A stretch of 25,731 bases of DNA from Bacteriovoracaceae bacterium (GCA_049599895.1 JBMYPC010000032.1:1-25731), one strand, 5' to 3'. Counted from the first letter of the stretch, positions 8,648-16,212 are shown. The notes: generated from the letters alone by a model not told the origin. Translations and numbers: made by a program.

Positions 8648-10168
8648 ATGAAAAAAATGTCCTTTAAAAACTTAGACCTCCATCCCTCTGTGCTTAAGGC
8701 ATTAGATGAGCTTGGCTATGAATCTCCAACAGAAATTCAAGCAAAGGGGATCCCTACACTTATCCAAACCAACAAAGACTTTTTAGGGCAGGCGCAAACG
8801 GGTACTGGAAAAACAGCTGCCTTTGCTATTCCTCTTCTTCACAAAATCAATCCGACAAAGAAAAAGCTTCAAGGGATTATTCTGACGCCTACTCGAGAGC
8901 TTGCAAAGCAAGTAGAAGATGAAATTCAAAAAATTGGAAAATATATTGGAGTGAGAACTACTTGTGTTTACGGCGGAGCAAGTTATGAGAAACAGATTAC
9001 TGCTCTGAAAAATGGCAGACCACAGATTGTTGTAGGGACTCCGGGAAGAGTTATTGATCTCATTGATCGCGGCTCTTTAAAACTTGATCAAGCTGAATTT
9101 GGTGTTCTGGACGAAGCCGATGAGATGCTTAATATGGGCTTTCTTGATGATGTGAAATATATCATCTCTCACCTCAATGACAGTCGACAGTTGATTATGT
9201 TTTCAGCAACGATGCCAAAACAGATTCAAGATCTTGTGAAAGTTGAGTTTCGAGATTACGAACACGTCAAAACTAAAACAGTAAAGGCTTCAAACGAAAA
9301 CATTGAGCAAAACTATGTTGTTGTTCGTGAGAAGTATTATGCTGAAGCACTCGCACGAATTATTGAAAGTGAAGACGATCTCTATGGAATTGTTTTTTGT
9401 CGGACAAAGCTTGAAACAAAACAAGTGGCAGATGAACTTAAAAAAAGAGGCCAAAGGATAGAGGTTCTCAATGGTGATATGGGCCAGGGAGAGCGAGAGT
9501 ATTCAATGAGAAAGTTCAAGGAACGCAAAGTTGAGATTCTTGTTTGTACAGATGTCGCCGCAAGAGGAATTGATGTTAACAACCTTACTCATGTTTTCAA
9601 TTACGGACTTCCGCAAGGCAACGAAGCTTATGTCCATCGAATTGGTCGAACCGGACGAGCAGGCATGAAGGGTAAAGCTTATACGATTGTTTCTCCTCGA
9701 GGTGTGACAATTATTAAAAAGATCGAGAAATTTACGAAAAATCCGATTCATTTTAAGAAACTTCCGAGTGTGGAAAAACTCAAACTTGCCTACATTCAAA
9801 AAGAGATTCATGCGGCAACCACAATTAAAAATGCGATTCAAGAAAAAGGGAAAAACTTTCGGACTGATGAAACATTCGATTCTTTTAAAGAGAATTTTGA
9901 AGACCTTGAAAGAGATGAGCTTTTAAAACTTTTCTATACCTGGAAGTTTAATAAGAAATTCCGCCAATATGATAGTCTTTCTGATATTGAAGCCTCTGTA
10001 AAGGCCACGTCAAAGCCTGGAAATGAAAAGAGGAGCCGCTCAAGACGAGGTGATCGTGGTTCTCGAGGAGGAAGAAGAAGATCGAATGACTTCAATAAAG
10101 AGTTCTCAGGTCGAAGGCCAAGGTCTGGTCAGAAAAAAACAAAGAAACGTTCATTCAAAAGATCTTAA
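8648..10168 (+). CDS. DEAD-box RNA helicase (DeaD/CsdA-like, Arg/Gly-rich basic tail)
   Basis: Q-motif PTEIQ, AQTGTGKT, PTRELA, GTPGRV, DEAD, SAT, TDVAARGID and YVHRIGRTGRAG. Ends in a basic RG-rich tail. Confidence 0.97.
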   Translation: MKKMSFKNLDLHPSVLKALDELGYESPTEIQAKGIPTLIQTNKDFLGQAQTGTGKTAAFAIPLLHKINPTKKKLQGIILTPTRELAKQVEDEIQKIGKYIGVRTTCVYGGASYEKQITALKNGRPQIVVGTPGRVIDLIDRGSLKLDQAEFGVLDEADEMLNMGFLDDVKYIISHLNDSRQLIMFSATMPKQIQDLVKVEFRDYEHVKTKTVKASNENIEQNYVVVREKYYAEALARIIESEDDLYGIVFCRTKLETKQVADELKKRGQRIEVLNGDMGQGEREYSMRKFKERKVEILVCTDVAARGIDVNNLTHVFNYGLPQGNEAYVHRIGRTGRAGMKGKAYTIVSPRGVTIIKKIEKFTKNPIHFKKLPSVEKLKLAYIQKEIHAATTIKNAIQEKGKNFRTDETFDSFKENFEDLERDELLKLFYTWKFNKKFRQYDSLSDIEASVKATSKPGNEKRSRSRRGDRGSRGGRRRSNDFNKEFSGRRPRSGQKKTKKRSFKRS

Positions 10169-10170
10169 GT

Positions 10171-10197
10171 AAAAAAAGCCTCTTTTGAGGCTTTTTT
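10171..10197. terminator. Bidirectional Rho-independent terminator
   Basis: AAAAAAAGCCTC-TTTT-GAGGCTTTTTT between convergent stops at 10168 and 10208. Confidence 0.88.
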
Positions 10198-10207
10198 GAT
10201 ACTCGTT

Positions 10208-10609
10208 TTATGATTTTTTCTTGTGGTGGCAGTCTTTCTTTTTGTCCTTACTTTTGCAGCATGATTTTTTCTTCATTGGACATTTGTCACCTTGGCATTT
10301 AGCGCCGCAGTCATTTTTGCAGCTTCCACATTTTGAGCAGTCTTTCTTACTGAGTGAACACTTATCACCCTTGCAATCTTTAGACTTTTTCTTGCAGCAC
10401 TTTTTCTTTTTACAATGTTTCTTTTTTCCTAGTTCGTCTCCTGATAAAACGCCATCACTGTTTTTATCAAGCTTTGCAAACTTTTTATCGTGCTTTTCTG
10501 TCCATTCCGTCTTGGTAACTTTTCCATCACCGTCAACATCATAGCGTTTGTATGAGTGGTGGCTACAGGAAATGGAAATGAAGGCAATAAATAATAATAG
10601 AATTCTCAC
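10208..10609 (-). CDS. Lipoprotein with two EF-hand loops and a Cys/Lys-rich metallothionein-like tail
   Basis: GTG start after AAGGAG. Hydrophobic leader ending ISISC (Cys15). EF-hand loops DVDGDGKVTKTE and DKNSDGVLSGDE. The last 72 aa contain 14 Cys and 30 Lys. Confidence 0.8.
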   Translation of the reverse strand: MRILLLFIAFISISCSHHSYKRYDVDGDGKVTKTEWTEKHDKKFAKLDKNSDGVLSGDELGKKKHCKKKKCCKKKSKDCKGDKCSLSKKDCSKCGSCKNDCGAKCQGDKCPMKKKSCCKSKDKKKDCHHKKKS

Positions 10610-10782
10610 GAAAGGCTCCTTTAATTGATCAACTTGTCTTTCATTTTATCTTATCGCCAATTGTACCGCTAATATTTGGGCAAAATTGTCAATTCGTTGT
10701 CAATAATTTTGCCTCAGATTAAACTATAACTGTCTAAAATGATTAGTGTCTGACAGATACACTAGGACTTATAAGGTCAATA

Positions 10783-11820
10783 ATGACGCTTTTTAAAACG
10801 AAACATGATCCTTATTGGGCAAAGTTGAGTGAGTCTAAGCTGATGGAGCTGAGGCTAAAAGACCTTGCCTTAGATCTCAAAGACACCAATCTTTCTTATT
10901 ATACAAATAAACTTCTAGCCGAACTTGAAGTGAAGGGCTTCAAACATTTTAAGCCGCATTTTTGGTTTTCTGACGAATGGTTCTCTCCTGATGGGATTCC
11001 AGGAATTGCGATTCCATTTTATCTCTCTCATCGAAAACTCGCAAAGATTGAGGAGAAACACCTCCTTGAAGTTGAAGGGGGGACACCTAAATGGTTTATG
11101 CAGTTGTTAAGGCATGAGTGTGGGCATGCGATTGATAATGCTTATTGTTTAAGAAGAAGAAAGAAACGGCAAAAGCTGTTTGGTAAATCAACTCTTCCTT
11201 ATGAAGACTATTATTTACCAAAGCCATTTAGTAAAAAGTATGTCATCCACCTTGATACTTGGTATGCCCAAAGTCATCCCGATGAAGACTTTGCAGAAAC
11301 TTTTGCGGTTTGGTTAAACCCAAGGTCAAATTGGCAAAAACGGTACAAAGGGTGGAAAGCGATAAAGAAACTAGAGTATATGGATGAGCTTATGGATGAG
11401 CTTTTTGCAGAAAAGCCAATGATGAATTCGCGCAGACGCATTGATACCCAGAAGTCTCTCACAAAAACACTAAAGCAGCATTACCAAGAAAAAAAGGCTT
11501 ATTATGGTCTTGATCATGCCGATATCTATGATGGGCATCTCCTTAAGCTGTTTACAAATATTCCAGATAAGTGTTTGAGAATGAAGGCCTCGACTTTTAT
11601 TCGAAGAGTGAGAAAAGACACGAGAAGATCTCTTGCTCCTTGGACAGGAGCTTATCAATACACTATTAGTCAGTTCATCGATGAGATCATTTTGCGAGCC
11701 GATGAGCTTGACCTTCATTTAAAATATCCCTTTGAAGAAAGTAAGTATCAATTCATTTCGATGCTTTCAATTCTCACTCTCGAGTATATTCACAGTGGTT
11801 ATCATAAGGCCGTCAGATGA
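10783..11820 (+). CDS. Putative zinc-binding metallopeptidase (Peptidase_Mx-like zincin)
   Basis: HExxH (LRHECGHA) plus downstream YAQSHPDEDFAETFAVW carrying the likely third Glu ligand. No signal peptide. Confidence 0.85.
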   Translation: MTLFKTKHDPYWAKLSESKLMELRLKDLALDLKDTNLSYYTNKLLAELEVKGFKHFKPHFWFSDEWFSPDGIPGIAIPFYLSHRKLAKIEEKHLLEVEGGTPKWFMQLLRHECGHAIDNAYCLRRRKKRQKLFGKSTLPYEDYYLPKPFSKKYVIHLDTWYAQSHPDEDFAETFAVWLNPRSNWQKRYKGWKAIKKLEYMDELMDELFAEKPMMNSRRRIDTQKSLTKTLKQHYQEKKAYYGLDHADIYDGHLLKLFTNIPDKCLRMKASTFIRRVRKDTRRSLAPWTGAYQYTISQFIDEIILRADELDLHLKYPFEESKYQFISMLSILTLEYIHSGYHKAVR

Positions 11821-12839
11821 GTGTTTTAAAGATTCTGGTTCTCATGCATAAAGACCTTGTTCCTCCCGATCGGAAAGTTGAAATAGAGGAGCTGAATGCT
11901 TCACCGTGGAATACTGAATATGATGTAATGGAAAGCTTGAATAAGCTGGGTCACAATGTCATGCCATTGGGGGTTTTAGGAGACCTGGAGATTATTCGAA
12001 AAACTCTTGAAGAGTTTAAACCTCATATTGTCTTTAATCTTTTAGAAGAATTTGATGGGAATACGACCTTTGATCAACATGTGGTTTCTTATTTGGAGTT
12101 AAAAAAAATACCATATACAGGATGCAACCCAAGAGGCTTAACTCTAGCTAGAGATAAGGCCTTAAGTAAAAAAATTCTCGCCTATCATAAAATCCCTGTA
12201 CCTAAGTTTTTCGTTGTTCCAAAAAACCAAAAGCTGAGTCGTCGTAAAAATTTTCAATTTCCATTAATTGTGAAGTCTTTGACAGAGGAAGCCTCTCTAG
12301 GCATATCCCAAGCTTCGGTTGTTTCTGATCTTAAGTCTTTACAGGAGAGAGTCAGTTTTATTCATGAGAATCTCGACACTGATGCTATCGTCGAGCAGTA
12401 TATAGAAGGTCGAGAACTCTATGTTGGTATTCTTGGCAATCAAAAACTCAAAGTCCTTCCTGTCTGGGAGTTAAAACTCGATAAAATGCCAGGTTCATCA
12501 AGAAAGTTTGCGACTGAAAAAGTAAAATGGGATGAAAAATATCGTGAAAAGTATCGAATTCGCTCAATTCAAGCTGTTTCTCTTTCAGAAGAAGAAGTGA
12601 AACGTATTCAAGATATTTGTAAACGGGCCTATAAACGCTTAGGAATGAATGGCTATGCTCGAATTGATTTGAGGTATACCGAAGATAAGAAAATCTATAT
12701 TCTTGAGGCCAATCCTAATCCTGGAATTGCTGAGGGAGAAGAGTTCCCTCTTTCTGCAGAAAAAATTGGCATGAATTATAAAGATGTTCTTTCAAAGATC
12801 CTTACTTTAGGCTTAAGTTGGTATCAATCTCGAAAATAA
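11817..12839 (+). CDS. D-Ala-D-Ala-ligase-like ATP-grasp enzyme (non-canonical)
   Basis: IPYTG, RDKALSK, FPLIVK, EEASLGI, VEQYIEGRE, YARID and LEANPNPG. Lacks the Ddl GGxSxE and HGxxGEDG motifs. ATGA overlap with the peptidase. Confidence 0.88.
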   Translation: MSVLKILVLMHKDLVPPDRKVEIEELNASPWNTEYDVMESLNKLGHNVMPLGVLGDLEIIRKTLEEFKPHIVFNLLEEFDGNTTFDQHVVSYLELKKIPYTGCNPRGLTLARDKALSKKILAYHKIPVPKFFVVPKNQKLSRRKNFQFPLIVKSLTEEASLGISQASVVSDLKSLQERVSFIHENLDTDAIVEQYIEGRELYVGILGNQKLKVLPVWELKLDKMPGSSRKFATEKVKWDEKYREKYRIRSIQAVSLSEEEVKRIQDICKRAYKRLGMNGYARIDLRYTEDKKIYILEANPNPGIAEGEEFPLSAEKIGMNYKDVLSKILTLGLSWYQSRK

Positions 12840-12959
12840 TACTAATAACCTTTCTTAAGTATGAAAAAGTCTCCCAGTTCCTAAGTTCTTGTTTTTCCCA
12901 AAGAAATTCATGTTAAAAGCCTATTGCTTTCAAAAAAATATTCCTCCGTTGAAAGTTTC

Positions 12960-12982
12960 GGGCGAAGACTTAGTCTTCGCCC
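12960..12982. repeat. Perfect GC-rich palindrome/hairpin
   Basis: GGGCGAAGACT-T-AGTCTTCGCCC, with no adjacent U-tract. Confidence 0.7.
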
Positions 12983-12988
12983 ATATCT

Positions 12989-13093
12989 TTAGTACTTGGC
13001 TTTTGTGAGGCGTACTCCATTTTTGGGCCTTATGAGAAGAGGTGTCTTGAGTTCTTCCTCTAACCTCTTAATGGAATAACTCAAAGCCGCTTG
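12989..13093 (-). pseudogene. LysR-type regulator HTH remnant
   Basis: Minus strand translates QAALSYSIKRLEEELKTPLLIRPKNGVRLTKAKY*, matching the LysR QxAxSxxIxxLExELxxxLxxR...vxLTxA signature. In-frame stop upstream at 13108-13106 and no start codon. Confidence 0.8.
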
Positions 13094-13316
13094 GATAAGA
13101 CCTCCTCATATACATTTGAAAGTTCATTTAAGAGGTTTTGAGGAGCTTACAACTCAGGTCTATTTTTCGCAAGAGCTTGATCTTAATAAAAAAGATCGTA
13201 TCCTGACTCGGTTAAAGCAATCGGAAAAACAGAATGTCATTGTTGAGTTTAAACCCTCATCTCGATCAGGTGTTTCCCGGGAGGGGAGTTGTCTGCTCAC
13301 TTTGAGGTCAATTTAG
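13092..13316 (+). pseudogene. C-terminal remnant of an intradiol ring-cleavage dioxygenase (protocatechuate 3,4-dioxygenase-like)
   Basis: WIRPPHIHLKV...ELTTQVYF...LNKKDRIL contains the RPxHIH Fe-ligand motif and LTTQxYF. In-frame TAA at 13077-13079; the N-terminal half with the Tyr ligands is missing. Confidence 0.85.
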
Positions 13317-13480
13317 AAGTCTATAATAAACTGTCAAAGCGAAAGCTTTCTTTAGGTTGCATGAGATAACAGGCTCTTAGCTGCCAGGTGTTATAGGCAA
13401 AATGATGAATGAAAAGACGTTTCTAACATTTGGATTTCTTTAACTCTGGGTTTGTCGTCAATCCTTTACATGGCAAAATA

Positions 13481-13489
13481 TGCTATGAT
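13481..13489 (+). promoter_or_regulatory. Extended -10 element (TGcTATGAT) upstream of the RRM gene leader
   Basis: TGn-TAnnnT consensus ~190 nt upstream of ATG 13679. Confidence 0.4.
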
Positions 13490-13678
13490 AGCTTTCAAAG
13501 CATCACGTTCTATGAGAGTTAATAAGGTTGGACGTTGGTTTAGGCTTAGCTCGGATATAAGATTAGGAATTGATTCTCATTATCTTTCCCTATAGAACGA
13601 AGGAAAACACCTTAGTCGATTTATGAAGACTCACTAAGGACTACGTAGTTGAGAACTACAAGAGGCTCTGGAGGAGAG

Positions 13679-13969
13679 ATGAAAAACAAACTTTATGTCG
13701 GAAACATTTCGTTTCAAATGGATGAAAGTGGACTCGAGCAATCTTTTGCTGAGTTTGGACAGGTCCAATCTGTTAAAATCATTACAGACTTTGAAACTGG
13801 CAGAAGCAAAGGTTTTGGCTTTGTTGAAATGGGTAATGAAGATGAAGCTCAGGCATGTATTGAGAACCTTGACGGAAAAGAAGTTGGGGGAAGAACAATT
13901 CGAGTAAGTGTTGCTAAAGAAAGAAATGACCGTGGCGGTGGCGGCGGCGGACGATTTAATCGTCGATAA
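13679..13969 (+). CDS. RRM (RNP-1) RNA-binding protein with Gly/Arg tail
   Basis: RNP2 LYVGNI, RNP1 KGFGFVEM, tail RGGGGGGRFNRR. GGAGGA RBS before ATG 13679. Confidence 0.95.
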   Translation: MKNKLYVGNISFQMDESGLEQSFAEFGQVQSVKIITDFETGRSKGFGFVEMGNEDEAQACIENLDGKEVGGRTIRVSVAKERNDRGGGGGGRFNRR

Positions 13970-14019
13970 TTTCACGATTATCCGGAACATTTAAAATCAT
14001 CAAAATCAAATAAGATTTT

Positions 14020-14100
14020 AAAAACCCTAGGAAATAATCTTCTCAGGACGTACTTCTTAAGTAAGAATGTTCAGACAAGAGATATTATCTAGGGTTTTTT
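14020..14100 (+). terminator. Long imperfect hairpin ending in a U-tract (probable RRM terminator, overlapping the translation-initiation region of the next gene)
   Basis: AAAAACCCTAG (14020-14030) / CTAGGGTTTTT (14089-14099), with inner ATAAT/ATTAT and TTCTT/AAGAA stems. Confidence 0.5.
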
Positions 14101-14103
14101 TAT

Positions 14104-14967
14104 ATGAAAATTCAAAGTTTTTTTGATGAAGCGACTAATACATTTACTTATCTCGTTTATGACACTGAAACTCAAGCCTGTGTTTTAATCGACCCTATTT
14201 TAGATTATGACTTCTCTTCAGGCACAATCTCAGAGTCCTCAGCGGAGAAGGTTCTTGAAGAAATTCAAAAAAAATCACTTAATCTCCTCTATATTTTAGA
14301 AACCCATATTCATGCAGATCACCTAAGTGGTGCTCAGGTGTTTAAAAAGCACTTTCCAAAAGCTCAAACCGTTATTCATGAATCTGTAAAAACTGTTCAG
14401 AAGTCTTTCTCTGAGCTTTTTAACTTTGATGGCTTTGATTGCTCTGGTTCGCAGTTCGATAAGCTGGTTAAGGACGGAGATGAGATTGATTTACCGTTTT
14501 CAAAAATTAAAGTTCTTCATACTCCAGGGCACACTCCTGCATGTGTATGTTTTCATCTTGAAAACACTCTTTTTACAGGGGACTCAATTTTCATGCCTGA
14601 CTTTGGAACAGGAAGATGTGATTTTCCTGGGGGGAGTGCTAAAGCGCTCTATCAGTCAGTAAAGACCAAAATTTATTCTTTAAGTGATGAAACAAAAATT
14701 TTTGTTGGTCACGATTACGGAACTGGGGGAAGAGAAATCCTCAATGAAACGACAGTTTCAGAGCAAAAAAATAAGAATGTGCATATAAAAGCCCAAACAT
14801 CTGAAGAAGAGTTTATTCAGTTTAGAGAAGACCGCGATGGGACTTTAAGTCCTCCAAAGCTTCTTTTTCAAAGTCTTCAAGTCAATATTAGGGGAGGAAG
14901 ACTCCCTGATGTTGAGTCCAATGGAATGATGTATTTAAAATTCCCACTAAAACTAAAGTTAAAGTAA
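14104..14967 (+). CDS. MBL-fold persulfide dioxygenase (ETHE1/Blh/Sdo-like)
   Basis: ETHIHADHLS, HTPGHT, FTGDSIFMPDFGTGRCDFPGG, GHDY and SLQVNIRGG. Confidence 0.92.
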   Translation: MKIQSFFDEATNTFTYLVYDTETQACVLIDPILDYDFSSGTISESSAEKVLEEIQKKSLNLLYILETHIHADHLSGAQVFKKHFPKAQTVIHESVKTVQKSFSELFNFDGFDCSGSQFDKLVKDGDEIDLPFSKIKVLHTPGHTPACVCFHLENTLFTGDSIFMPDFGTGRCDFPGGSAKALYQSVKTKIYSLSDETKIFVGHDYGTGGREILNETTVSEQKNKNVHIKAQTSEEEFIQFREDRDGTLSPPKLLFQSLQVNIRGGRLPDVESNGMMYLKFPLKLKLK

Positions 14968-14972
14968 GTCTT

Positions 14973-15398
14973 TTATTGGGCCAAGTGCTTAATGTATTGC
15001 TCAATGTCTTTAATTTCTTGATCATTAAGAGCGCTTTTCCACCCAGGCATCTCTCCTTTGAATTGAGAGACCATCATATAAAACTTAAACTGTGGGACAG
15101 TTTTTGCGATCTGATTGAGATTTCGAGGCTTGTTCATCATATCTTTTGCTTTTGGGCCATCACCTTTGCCGTATGGCCCATGACATTCAAGACAGTGCTG
15201 CTGGTAAAGTGATTTGCCGCGATTAATGAATTCTTGGTCAAGGCTTATTTTTGCAGAGCCTGTTGATGGGCTGTCTTTAGGAATAATTCCGTGACGCATC
15301 TGAGATGAACTATGGGTCTTTTTATAATAATCCTTAGAGTCCTTATTGATTAAGGAGCATGCACATGTGAAAAGACAAAAAATAAGTAGATACTTCAA
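14973..15398 (-). CDS. Monoheme c-type cytochrome lipoprotein
   Basis: Lipobox TCAC, heme motif CLECHG, GxGDGP, distal Met in GEMPGW. AGGAG RBS before TTG. Confidence 0.88.
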   Translation of the reverse strand: MKYLLIFCLFTCACSLINKDSKDYYKKTHSSSQMRHGIIPKDSPSTGSAKISLDQEFINRGKSLYQQHCLECHGPYGKGDGPKAKDMMNKPRNLNQIAKTVPQFKFYMMVSQFKGEMPGWKSALNDQEIKDIEQYIKHLAQ

Positions 15399-15413
15399 TT
15401 GTAGCTCCTTGAA

Positions 15414-15857
15414 CTATTTATGAGACCTTAGAATTATAAGATCGGCCTTAGCGTGTCTCACCATATATTCAGCGAACGAACTGGAGAACATTGCCTCAAG
15501 GCCATGCTTTCCACGGGTTCCAATGATTATCTGGTCAAACTCATGCTCTCTGGCAAATTGAGAAATGGCCTCCTTAGGGTTTGAAGAAATCAAACATGCA
15601 AACTTCACATTAAGGTTTTCAAGTGCGGGGCTTTCATTTTGAAAGTTTCTTAAAGTCTCAATAACTGCCTTTTCAACTTCAGGATATTGATCTTCTGTGG
15701 GGAAAGTTGAGTAGATAAAATTATCTGAATAGCTTTGAGTCTGAAAGCCATGAATGAGATGGACCTCAGAGTATTGTTCAAAGTTGTACTTTGGTAGTCT
15801 CTCTTTAAAAAGGGCCAAAGATTCTGTTGTTAGATCCATACAAATTAAAGCTTTCAT
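15414..15857 (-). CDS. Universal stress protein (UspA family)
   Basis: ALICMD N-terminal strand and IIIGTRGKHGL...SSFAEYMVRHA. ATG 15857 preferred. Confidence 0.88.
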   Translation of the reverse strand: MKALICMDLTTESLALFKERLPKYNFEQYSEVHLIHGFQTQSYSDNFIYSTFPTEDQYPEVEKAVIETLRNFQNESPALENLNVKFACLISSNPKEAISQFAREHEFDQIIIGTRGKHGLEAMFSSSFAEYMVRHAKADLIILRSHK

Positions 15858-15879
15858 GCTCTCTCCCATCTTTCATTAA

Positions 15880-16212
15880 CTATTGAGCATGTTTAATACA
15901 TGTTCTTGCATAAGGAACGGCCCTTAATCTTTTTTCTTCAATGCTGTCACCTGAGACTTCACAAATTCCATAAACTCCGTTTTGGATTTTTCCAAGTGCG
16001 TGATCAATTTCAGCAAGTTCCTTTCTTTCAACTTCACTTAGAGCATCAATCACTTCGTCATTTTCGACTTCAACTGCACGCTCACCTGAATCGGCGCTTA
16101 GAGGATTGTTTTGTCTTCTTTTGTCAGCGGAAATTTTTGAAACTCTCTCAATTAAAATGTCTCTTTGAGACATTAGTTTTTCTCGCATTTCTTCAATAAA
16201 CTCTGGATTCAT
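15880..16212 (-). CDS. DksA/TraR family transcription factor with a degenerate zinc finger
   Basis: Coiled-coil tip DSGERA and C-terminal ALGKIQNGVYGICEVSGDSIEEKRLRAVPYARTCIKHA. GAGGAG RBS before ATG 16212. Confidence 0.88.
   Translation of the reverse strand: MNPEFIEEMREKLMSQRDILIERVSKISADKRRQNNPLSADSGERAVEVENDEVIDALSEVERKELAEIDHALGKIQNGVYGICEVSGDSIEEKRLRAVPYARTCIKHAQ

Noticed and set aside
10221..10544. 107-aa Phe/Leu/Ser-rich plus-strand ORF
   Set aside because: Antisense mirror of the Lys-rich lipoprotein; its composition is explained by complementing AAA/AAG codons.
11817..12839. Calling the ATP-grasp gene ddl or a van resistance ligase
   Set aside because: D-Ala subsite motifs are missing, there is no dcw or vanHAX context, and the partner peptidase is a zincin rather than VanX/VanY.
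13116..13316. Intact 66-aa protein
   Set aside because: Homology extends upstream of the TTG (WIRPPHIH) and there is no RBS; it is a dioxygenase fragment.
13634..13990. 118-aa minus-strand ORF and 70-aa alternative-frame ORF over the RRM gene
   Set aside because: Shadows of a well-supported RRM gene; no motifs.
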